Below are positions 51,219 through 60,946 of a stretch of DNA of 64,000 bases, one piece after another. The translations under genes were made by a program, and so were the position numbers. The stretch is taken from positions 1-64,000 of the forward strand of contig CBFFRQ010000149.1 in NCBI GenBank assembly GCA_965644315.1, in the 5' to 3' direction. The notes beneath the pieces are model-generated. The model was not told the DNA's origin. It ran no database searches and saw nothing but the letters and a program-made list of their open reading frames with translations. Each line of letters begins with the position of its first letter. Position 1 is the first letter of the stretch. The stretch comes from Caecitellus pseudoparvulus (taxonomy: Eukaryota; Protista; Bigyra: Bicosoecida).

Positions 51219-53201
51219 TTAGCGTAAAATAAATTTTTTAGTGTGAATATTTAAAATATTTTTTAGTATATCTTTTAATTTATTTAGGTTTTGCTCCATT
51301 GTTTGAGGTTGTTTTAATATTGTTCTTATAGTTTGTAAAATATTATTTTCCTTTTTTAAATAGGAATTTACACTGTATATATTAGATAACCTATAAATAA
51401 AACTTTCTATCGTATTTTTTATTTTATCGTTATTTGTTTTTGTTTCTAAATTTATTAACGTTAAAATAGCTACAATATCATTTATTACACTGTATAATAT
51501 GCCAACTTCACCATTAAAAAAATTTGTTAATTCTTGTAGTCTTTTTAAAGTTTTTTCTTTTATTTTATCGCTTTTATTGTAAGTGTAAATATGTTTTAGT
51601 TTGGAATATTCACGTTTTAAAGCCTTGTAATATTCACCCTTCATTATATACGTTTTTATTTGGTCGTTTAATGTGTCCTTAATATTTACTCTATAATTAT
51701 TTATTCTTTTATTTTGCTTATCCCTTAATTCGTATATTATGGAAAAATCCATATATTTATTTCTTGTGAATCCTAAAGCGTCTATTTTTATTAATCCATC
51801 CGTTTTAAATGCTTGTTTTAGTGTGATTGTCTCGCCGTTTAATAGTGTTTTTTTTCCGTTTAATACTTCATCAGCAGTCCAACGCATAATATGAAATCTT
51901 AAAGCGTCTTTTATTTCTGCTAATTCTGCAGGTGTTGGATTTTCCTTAATTAATTTATATAATTTGGCTTTTTCTATTTCGCTTAAAAATGATAACTTAT
52001 TTTTTATATCTTCCTTTATTTGGCTTGGTTTGTATCCTATTAATTTATTATTTTTTTTATAAATATTGGGTAAAATTTCAAATGGTCTATATTCACCGAT
52101 TTTTATATCATCATAAATTAAATATATATTTTGTGCTTTTATTAATTGTTTTACTTTATTTTGAAATTCTTTAACAAATTTATTTAAATTATCAACTTTA
52201 ACGACTTCATATAAATCAAAATCTGAGGGGTAAATAGTCGCTTTTATTGCAGACGAGCCCATAACCTCAACATTATTTATATTAAATGAAAGAGCTTTTA
52301 TTATTTCTATTGTATCGATTCCGTAATTTTGAGGCTTTTTTTTTGTTAATACTGACCCAGCACCCGTTATTTTATTCCACCAAGCCCCAAGGCGTGTGGC
52401 TACCTTTGACACTGGCGATAAATAAGAAGCGTTTTTTTTTAAATTATCGTAAATCTCGGATATATCCTGATATATAAATTTTGTTGTTCTGTCACTGCTT
52501 AAATTATTAGCTTCTAAAATTGATAATATGAAATTTTGGCAATTATTACTAAATGCATCATAATCAAAATATTTTTTATCGCCCATAAATTCCCTTGTTT
52601 TTTTTAACATTTGATTTAAATTTAAGCCTCCTTGATATTTTTCAACTGGTGTGCTTTCGCTGTGTTTATTTTGTTTTACATTAAAAGACACGTTTATTTC
52701 TGCGTTTTTCTCAACCACTACATAACGCCCATTAATAGAACAAATTAAAGATAAATGAAAAAAATTATCAAATCCGTAATTATGCATAAGTTCCTTAAAA
52801 TAACCAAAAGAAAGCGTATTTAATATATTAATTAAAGTTTTTTGAACTGGTGTGCGAACTATCATAATATTAGTTATTGGTTTATCGCCTACTTCTTTTA
52901 ATGTGCGTTTTGTTTCGTTCGTGTAATCTGTGCGGTAATTAAAAGGCTTTGTTATGTTATCTTCAATCCTATCTATTGGTTTAAATTTATCTTTTACTTT
53001 ATTATAACCTTTCTTTAAAAATGAAAATGTTGAACTTGCACCTTTACGGAAAAAATCACCGATTCCTGAGCCGTGGAAGCTACTTAATATAATTTGTTTT
53101 AATTCTGCTTTTTTTATTTGTTTTGGTGGATATTCTCCATAAAGCTCTTTATATAATCCTTTTAATTCCGCTTTTGTTAAATTATACGCTTGAGCTTTCA
53201 T
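51219..53201 (-). CDS. Fusion of a permuted papain-like (PPPDE/LRAT-type) domain and a Pol-beta-superfamily nucleotidyltransferase
   Basis: FFHLSL...YDAFSNNCQNF (His before NC motif); VMGS-x10-DFD...IKID. Confidence 0.6.
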   Translation of the reverse strand: MKAQAYNLTKAELKGLYKELYGEYPPKQIKKAELKQIILSSFHGSGIGDFFRKGASSTFSFLKKGYNKVKDKFKPIDRIEDNITKPFNYRTDYTNETKRTLKEVGDKPITNIMIVRTPVQKTLINILNTLSFGYFKELMHNYGFDNFFHLSLICSINGRYVVVEKNAEINVSFNVKQNKHSESTPVEKYQGGLNLNQMLKKTREFMGDKKYFDYDAFSNNCQNFILSILEANNLSSDRTTKFIYQDISEIYDNLKKNASYLSPVSKVATRLGAWWNKITGAGSVLTKKKPQNYGIDTIEIIKALSFNINNVEVMGSSAIKATIYPSDFDLYEVVKVDNLNKFVKEFQNKVKQLIKAQNIYLIYDDIKIGEYRPFEILPNIYKKNNKLIGYKPSQIKEDIKNKLSFLSEIEKAKLYKLIKENPTPAELAEIKDALRFHIMRWTADEVLNGKKTLLNGETITLKQAFKTDGLIKIDALGFTRNKYMDFSIIYELRDKQNKRINNYRVNIKDTLNDQIKTYIMKGEYYKALKREYSKLKHIYTYNKSDKIKEKTLKRLQELTNFFNGEVGILYSVINDIVAILTLINLETKTNNDKIKNTIESFIYRLSNIYSVNSYLKKENNILQTIRTILKQPQTMEQNLNKLKDILKNILNIHTKKFILR

Positions 53202-53255
53202 AATGTATATATATAATAGGTTGATAATTTATTTAAATAAAATATTTATTAATAC

Positions 53256-53459
53256 TTAATTTAAATTATTGTATTCTTTTAATAGTTCTACATATTCATT
53301 TATCTCGTGAGGTAAAAAATATATTGAAATTTGAGAATAAAAAAACGGACGGTTAATATCCATAAATCCACTAATGCTCTCATTAAATCGCTCTTTTAAT
53401 GAAACAGTTTTTAAATATTGTTGATTGGTTTTTGAGATGAACTCCATATAATATAACAT
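53256..53459 (-). CDS. Small hypothetical protein (start probably 53447, MEFISK)
   Basis: Preceded by a copy of the TIR-type promoter block. Confidence 0.45.
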   Translation of the reverse strand: MLYYMEFISKTNQQYLKTVSLKERFNESISGFMDINRPFFYSQISIYFLPHEINEYVELLKEYNNLN

Positions 53460-53506
53460 ATAATTAAATCTTTAAGTGGTTTTGTTTAAGTATAAAAATA
53501 ACATAT

Positions 53507-54136
53507 TTAAAAAATTTCAGGTGGATTAAATGCAAAAAAAATATGCTCTTGTGTTATATTTTCAATTTTTGCATAAAATTTAACCAGTTCTTTATCAATA
53601 TAATAATGGGTATTACAATATCTATTATCCGATTTTTTAATATGTTTATATTCTTCGTGTAACGTATTTTTTAATTTATTATAAATAATATCATAATTTA
53701 AACAATCTATATATTTATATATTGAGCGTATATTATATTTAAATCCAAAATTAATTAAATCAATTTTTTTATTATTATCACTAATCTCTAATTTAACGCC
53801 AATAAAAATTTTTTCATTTCGAAACTTTTGAAAGTATGGTTCGTTATCTACTTGTATTAATTTTACCGTTTTTTTTAATTCTTCATAATTTTTTAATCGT
53901 TTTCTAAATATACAATATCCAAAATAATTTTTTATGGATTTATGATTTAAATCGTATCTCATTAAAATATATTCAGAATCCCATAATTTAGTTTCATAAT
54001 AATTATTTATTAATGTGCTTATTTTTGTTGCATAAAATAATTGATCTTTAAATATATCTTTGATAGTAATATTATTATGTTCATTTGTAAAATTAAATAA
54101 ATAAAATTTAATATCAACCTCCATATAATATCCCAT
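53507..54136 (-). CDS. Hypothetical protein starting inside the right TIR
   Basis: 209-aa ORF; promoter motif and ATG lie within the TIR. Confidence 0.6.
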   Translation of the reverse strand: MGYYMEVDIKFYLFNFTNEHNNITIKDIFKDQLFYATKISTLINNYYETKLWDSEYILMRYDLNHKSIKNYFGYCIFRKRLKNYEELKKTVKLIQVDNEPYFQKFRNEKIFIGVKLEISDNNKKIDLINFGFKYNIRSIYKYIDCLNYDIIYNKLKNTLHEEYKHIKKSDNRYCNTHYYIDKELVKFYAKIENITQEHIFFAFNPPEIF

Positions 54137-54811
54137 ATAAATAAATCTTTAAGTGGTTTTGTTTAAGTATAAAAATAATAAAAAAATAACAATTGAAGAG
54201 GCTTTTATTATATACTCTATTATTTATTTTATTGGTGATGCCTTTTAATATCTCATTTGATGAAGCCTATTTTATTGATTGATTGACTGATTAATAAAAT
54301 AATTAATTGACTGATTGAATAAATATATATTTTCCCTAGCACTTTTTATATCCCTAACTATTTTTATTTATTTTTTAAAAATTTATTGATTGAGCGAATG
54401 TATGAAGGTTTTATATGCTTTTAGAAGGTTATACTGTTTTAGGGTAAAAATAAGGGTTAAATCCCTAAAAAAAAAAAACTTTTTTTATTTTATTATTTCT
54501 GAAAGATATTATTTTTTTTTGGGGTAATTTTAAAATTTTAACCCTAAAAACTTTAATTATTTATATTTTTATTATTAGGGACTAAATAAGGGATAAATCC
54601 CTAAAAAAGAAAAACTATTTTTATTTTATTATTTATAAAAAATATTATTTTTTTTTGGGGACTTTATATTATAATATTTTCTTACGAAAATCCTTTTAAT
54701 TTCCCATATGAGAAATACCATAAAATATAATTTCGCAGAAATTAAATGCGGAGCAAGGAGGAGGAATGAGAAATAAGCGGAGCGAAATAATCTCCTTCCT
54801 CCTTTGTTGTT
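54120..54811 (-). repeat. Right TIR of outer element (692 bp)
   Basis: Reverse complement of 16127-16816. Confidence 0.95.
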
Positions 54812-54816
54812 CTATT
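54812..54816. repeat. Right TSD CTATT (outer element)
   Basis: Identical to 16122-16126. Confidence 0.95.
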
Positions 54817-57800
54817 ATGCTTATCGCGTGACGACTGCACCCCTCATCCAAACTCAGCCCGGAGCATTTGTGGTGGGGGTGTCCGCTGGCTGGCATCATG
54901 CGTGTGCGCTGTTCACCGGCGGGCGTGTGGCCTGCTGGGGCCAGCCCGCGGAGGAAGACGAGTACAATTATGGCGGTCGAGGGCGGCTCGGGTATGGCAA
55001 CTTGGACTGGGTGGGGCTGGCCAACAGGACTTCAGTTGCCGAGGCTGGGTATGTGAATACGTCTGCAGCCGTGGTGGAAGTGTTTGCCGGCGCCCGCACC
55101 ACATGTGTGACGCTGGTGGACGGGGGTGCCCAGTGCTGGGGTGAGGGTGCAGGGGGCCTGTTGGGGTACGGCAATGTGGATGACATCGGAGATGATGAGG
55201 TGCCAGCCTCGGTGGGGCCACTGCCGCTGACCAAGAATGTGCGCAGCATGATTGTGGGTGCGCGATTCACCTGTGCGATCTTCGACTCCGGCGACTTGCA
55301 CTGCTGGGGAAGCGCAGCGTACGGGCAGCGCGGCGACGGCGGGGGCGGTGACCGTGCCGCAGATGGCGTGCCCATGTTCCTCATGGCGCCAGTGCGGTAT
55401 GCCTTGGATCTGGGCATGATGGTGACTCTGGGGGGCATTGATACAAACCTGGCAGTGGTCGGCAGTCGTGGCGCGTGGGGCAGCGTCGCGGAAGTGTTCA
55501 GCGGGGGGGACACAAACCTGGGCGGGCTGGTGGCAGTGCCCCCTTGGCTGCTGCAAATCATGCAGGGGGCGTACTGGGTGGACATTCCCACGCCCACTGC
55601 GGTGTTCGGCTCAGCATGCTCGGGGTCTGGCATGCCGACCACTGAAGCCAACGGCATTTGCGCCGCTGACAGCAGCTGCTCGGTAGTGGCAGGGGGAACG
55701 GCTGTGCAGCCTTGGTCCATGTCCTGTGTGTGGCCAGAGGATTGGGCAACCTCCCCTGTGCTGCGCGTTGACGCCGTCCGCTCTGCAGCAGACGTGTCCA
55801 CCCGCCCCCGTGTGCCCAGCACGGGGGGCGTGCCGCTGGCTCTGATCGGCTCCTTCTGGCCTCTCGTGCTGCAAACGCCGGATCCATCTGCGTTGTTGCC
55901 GTCTGGGGCTGCCTTTTGGGTTCAAGTCGGGGAAGCACAGTGCACGGGAGCTCGAGTCCTGTCAGCGACGCTCATTTCTTGCACGGCCCCTGCTCTGCCA
56001 GACGCAGACGTGTCTGGGGGCGTGGGAGTGACGCTGCACCACGTCTTCGATTCTCCTGCCGGCTCTGTGGGTGCACAAGAGGTGCTGCTGTATGCACAAC
56101 CCTCCCTCACGGTGGCCCTTCCCAGCAGCGGCTTTCCTCAGGGTGGTGGGGCTGTCGTGTTGCGTGGGGAGCACTTGGCCCAGCGGGCTGTCAATGGCTC
56201 TAACTTGCAGTATGAGCTGCCGCCAGCAGCCAGTGAAGTCTTCGTCGCGAATACCAGCGAGCCTGGCGCAGTTCCCATGACATCATGCCCACTACTTCTC
56301 CCCCTCCTGGCAGGTGAAGTGCGGTGCTTGCTTGGGCCTGGTACAGGCAGCGTGTGGCTGCGCATGACAGTGGCAGGGCAAACGACACAGTCCGTGCGGG
56401 TGGACTACGCTGTGCCGGAGCTCCTGAGCGTGGAGCCCGCCGAGCTGCTGACGACCAACGACTCCTCCGCTGCCAACTTGGTGTTTGCCGGCCAGAACTT
56501 CGGCACGCCCGGGACGCCGCTGCATGCATCTGTGGCCGGCATTCCTTGCACAACGACAACTCGGCTGAGTGCTACTGCAGTACAATGCGGTGGCCTGCCG
56601 ACTGACGCGCTCTACGGGGTGTCAGAGACAGTTGGTGCCGAGGTGCAGGTGGGCGAGGCTTCAGCTGCCCTTCCACAGGCAGTGCGGGTTGTCGGCAGCA
56701 TGAGCCTGGTGTCCCTGGAACCGGTGCCGCTGCCTGCTTCTGGCGGCCTCGTGACTATGTACGGAGTCGGCCTTGGGCGGTCACCAGCATCCGCAGGTGC
56801 AGGTGGTGACGTGGCAGACGTTGTCTTCGGCTCAGGCACCAACAGTGTGCGGTGTACCAACATCTCCGCAGATGCCAGCCAGCTCACTTGCCAGCTTCCT
56901 GCTGGGGCGGGCCCACTGGGAGTCGTTCGCGCTGTGCGTGTGGGGGAGTGGTGGCCACACTGCAAGGCGAGTACATCCAGTATAGCCCCACATCAGCCAC
57001 GGGCGTGTCTGTGGCACGCTTGGTCGTGTCTGCGCCAGACATGGCATATGCTCAGTCCTTCAGCATCACGGGGAGGAATTTCGCCTCCCGCAGCGGTGCT
57101 CCAGAAGTGTCCAGCGCTTTGGTCGTAACTGTGAATGGTATCAGCTGTCCTTCTGTAGAATGGGTGTCGCTTGAGCGGGTGAACTGCTCAGGGCTCGTTG
57201 TCCCGCACACCACAAGTACCCCCCTCCAGCTACAGGTCTCGCTGCCCGGGCTATGGAGTACCACGCCACTGGTTCTTCCTGTACAAACTCAGCCCCTCGT
57301 GGCAGCCGTGTTGCCGCCCCTCGTCTCGGCGGGCGGCGGGCGCACCATCCGCATTGTCGGCAGCGGCTTCGTGCCAGGTGGGGGCATGGGGCCAGGCCCC
57401 ACCTCCTTCGTGAACGTCACAGTCGGAAAGGCGGCTTGTGGGGCGGTGCACGTTCTGAGCGATGGGGAGATCGCCTGTCAGTCTCCGTCCTTGGACGCCG
57501 CCGGCGCAAGCTCCAGCGAGGTGCGCGTGCATACAGCAGCTGGGTGGGACAGCGGGCCCGGCCCCGAGTTGCTGTTTTCCACGCCCGAGGTCTTGCGGGT
57601 TCAAGGCCTTGCCGTGCAGCATGCTGTCCTTGGCGCACCTGGCGATGTTGCCACGCTGACCCTGGACGGGCTGGCCCTGGGCGACCCTGCGGCAGGGGCT
57701 GGAAACGGCTCGCTCATGCTGGGCGACATGGAGTGCAGGGCGGCAGGGGGGCGCGTGGCCCTGGATAGTGCAGGAAGGCAGGTCAAGTGTGCAGGGTACC

Positions 57801-60637
57801 GCCCAAGTGCTCTTCCGCGACCTCCGCCGGGCGGCAGTCTCAGTCTGCAGCTGTCCTTCCGGACCAACGAAGGCGTGCTGGCAGCCATGCCAGCTGGGGC
57901 ACTGCTCGTTGCAGGCCCACCGGCCCTTACACGCGCAACTCCGTCTGAAGCACAACCAGGCGCCCCACTCTCCGTGCTGGGTATGAATCTGGGGCTGTCT
58001 GACGCAGACGTGGTGGCTGTCATGGTTGGGCGCGTGCAAGTGCCACGCAGCCAATGGAGCCGGGCGGGGGATGCGGGCATTCGCATTGACAGCCTCCCCC
58101 CTCCAGCATCGTTGATGCTCCAAGATCTCATTGACGTCCGCTTCACAGTTGCCCTGCGCAGCGGGTACAATGCTTCGACGCCCGCCTCGCAGGGTGGCGG
58201 CTTTCGGTACCTGTTACCGCCGCAAGCTCCCCTCACTGCGCCACGTCAAGTGTGTGGGTATCGAGAGGGGCCAGGGGGGGCCACTCGAGTGGTGTTCCGG
58301 TGGACAGACGACGCCATCACTGCTGTGTCCCCTGTCCAGGCATGGGTGGTTAACTTTGCCGAGCGGCCGCCACGCACAACGGCGGGTGTCGGAAACGAGA
58401 CGGCTGCCATGTCAAGGCGTGTCGTGCCGGTGGGAGGGGCAACTTCCGGAGATGTGCTGGAGCTTGACGGTGTGCCCGCTGACTGCGCGCACATTCTGCC
58501 ACCCACCGGGCCGGGCCAGTTGCTGGATGTGCGAGTGTTGGACACGCCTGCAGCGCCGTTGTGGCTGGCTGTGCGTGCAGCGACTGGCGTCAGCGACGAT
58601 GCCTTGCTCGGCCCTGCATCCCCCCCTGCTGGCCCCGTCTTTTCTGTGTGCAGCTCCTCACAATACCTGGCGACGCACGCGCTGTCGGGAGAGGACTGGA
58701 GCGCCGTTCTCTGCCAGCCATGCCCTGCTGGGGCGCTGTGTGATGGCTTGCCGTGGGAGGGCATGCGCAACGCGGCTGGCTTCTACCGTGTGCCGTGGTC
58801 GGAGGCTGGTCTGGCCTTCTTGCCCTGTGTGCAGGAGGTGGTGTGCCCCAGTCCTTCTCGGGTGCTTGTGAAGCGCAGCGACTTGGCGTACTTGCAGCAT
58901 GACACCTGTCGACCGGGCTGCCCCCTGCCTGCTCCGTTCGTCGGCAGTGGCACGCTCATGGTCGCCAACGCGTCGCAAGAAACCGGCCATGCACAGGGTA
59001 GCTCGTCAGTGGCACCGACACAGGGGTTTTCCGAGTCCCCCACCAGCGCGCCGATCTCTCAGTGCCTGGAAGGACACACGGGCCCTCTGTGTGAGCAGTG
59101 CACAGCAGGGTACGGCCGTGTCGGCGCGGGGACCTGTTCAAAGTGCTCGGGTGGGCGTGCTGGGGCGGCAGGGCTCATCGTCTTGTTTGCCCTGGGTGTG
59201 ACCTTGGTCGTGGCGTGGTTGCTGCAGGGGCAGGTGCGCACTCGTGCCCTGGAGCGTAAAACGCACAGTGTCGTGAAGAAGGTGCTGCTGAGTCACCTGC
59301 AGCAGTGTGCACTAATGCTGTCGTTCGACCTGAAGTGGCCCAACCCCTTCCGCAGCCTGCTGCAGATCTCGGACATGGCCGGCTCGGCAGCGTCCACGTT
59401 CGCCAGCGTGGACTGTGTGCGGGCAACGGATGGTGCCGGCCTGGACTCGACGTTCCGTGTCACCGTCGTGGCCACCCTAGTAACTCCCGTGCTGCTGGGC
59501 ATCGGTGCTGTCGCAGTGTTCTGGGCACTGTGGCTGTGCCGCCGGGCCGACGCAGAGGAGACGCGGCGCCGCTGCCTCGTAGCACTGGTGGTGCTGACGT
59601 ACCTGTTCTACACGCCCATAAGCCGCGCCACCATGCAGCTGTTCACATGTGTCGATGTAGGGGGCCAAACCCGCTTGCTGGAAGACCTCAGCATTGAGTG
59701 TGACTCCACGGAGAACCGCATTTGGTCCCTGGGGCTGGGCGTTCCCCTCCTGCTGCTGTTTGTGCTGGGCTACCCTGCCCTGGCAGCAGTTCACCTCTGG
59801 CGGGAGCGGGAGGTGTTGCAGACCAGCACGTGGCATCGCCGTACACTGGGCCTGCTGTACCTAGGATACAAAGATCAGTACTTCTGGTACGAGGTTGCAA
59901 TTATGGCACGCAAGGCTCTGTTTGCGCTGGTGCTCGTGGCGCTGCGCCCCGTGGGGCTGCTGTGGCAGATTGGCTTTGGGCTGCTGGTGCTGTGTGCTGC
60001 GTGCATGTTGTCTGCTGCCCTGCAGCCGTACGAGGCGCCGCTGTTCAACAAGCTGGACATGGCCAGCATGGCCCTCTCAATTACAACCCTGGCCGGCGGC
60101 GCGCTGCTGTTTCAAGACCGTGTGGACGATCTGCGTGCAGCCTCCAGTGCAACGCACAGGCGGTGGCAGCACCTGGATGCCGCTGCGCAGTCCATCTCCA
60201 CTGTACTGTGCGTGGCCAATGCTGCGTTCCTGGGCTTCGTCCTCGTGTGGTGGCTGCGCGAGTGGTACGGGTCAGAGGTAGCGCCTGTTCTGCGCAGGCG
60301 TGCTGGAAAAGCAAAAGATCCCTCCAGCCCCTGCCAAGCAGCTGAGCCGCAGACAGTGCAGGGTGCTGCTGGTCCAGCTCAGAAGCGACAAGTAGACCTT
60401 CCCGACTTCCAGCTAAAGGACGCAAAGCAAGGACCATTTCCAGGGAGTGGCAAGCAGCCTCTGGCGAGCGCGCAGACACCCTCGGGCCTTTCTGGACAGT
60501 GTGCTTTCCTCGCACAGACAGAGAACCCGTTGCGGGCATCCATCACAGCGGGCATGGGGGGCGGGAAGAGACCCATGCCGCCTCGAAGAGTGCTGCAGCA
60601 GCGACGTGCCTCGAAGGCCTCCGCCAGCAAAGTGTGA
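54817..60637 (+). pseudogene. 3' part of the interrupted host gene: RCC1 repeats, IPT/TIG repeats, Cys-rich segment and multi-pass TM C-terminus
   Basis: Continues YAYRVTTAP...HHACAL...CWG; IPT-like GxNFG repeats; CQPCPAGALC...CLEGHTGPLCEQC; TM region with YFWYEVAIMARK and LQPY. One frameshift at G5, 56942-56946. Confidence 0.85.
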
Positions 60638-60946
60638 TCGTGTGGAGCGTGTGTGTTCAGTGCGGCTGCTCATGGCGAGTGCAGCTGCGCAACGTACCAA
60701 TGCATTGTGGTTTGTGGTGAACAACAGCACTCTGAGCTGCCGGGCTTGAAGCTGGGATGCTCGCTCGTGGGCCGACTTGGATGCGGCCCAGCGTCAGCCC
60801 GAATAGGCTGCTTCTCGAGACTGTGCGGTCTCGCTTGCCTTCACCAAGGACGAGCAGCGACCTCCGCGCAACCTGCTGGCCAGCGCAGCGTGCACGGGGG
60901 CTGTTCCACGCAGGCGGCTCTGACAAAGCACACCCAGTCCCCCCAC

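Larger units (their letters stand above)
16127..54811. mobile_element. Endogenous virophage (provirophage), 20,983 bp without the nested element and one TSD copy
   Basis: Sharp GC-to-AT shift, ~690-bp TIRs, 5-bp TSD, virophage morphogenesis genes (MCP, penton, protease, ATPase), helicase, pPolB-like gene and rve integrase. Confidence 0.95.

Noticed and set aside
16127-54811. Bacterial contamination or chimeric assembly of the AT-rich block
   Set aside because: Exact TSDs, TIRs and in-frame restoration of both interrupted genes indicate real integrations.
16127-54811. CRISPR-like array, tRNA or rRNA genes, or a retrotransposon within the elements
   Set aside because: No regularly spaced repeat-spacer units, cloverleaf, rRNA-like sequence or reverse-transcriptase motifs were seen.
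56942-56946. Frameshift as evidence of decay of the host gene after insertion
   Set aside because: It lies in a G homopolymer and one extra G restores VRVGGVVATL, so a sequencing error is equally likely.
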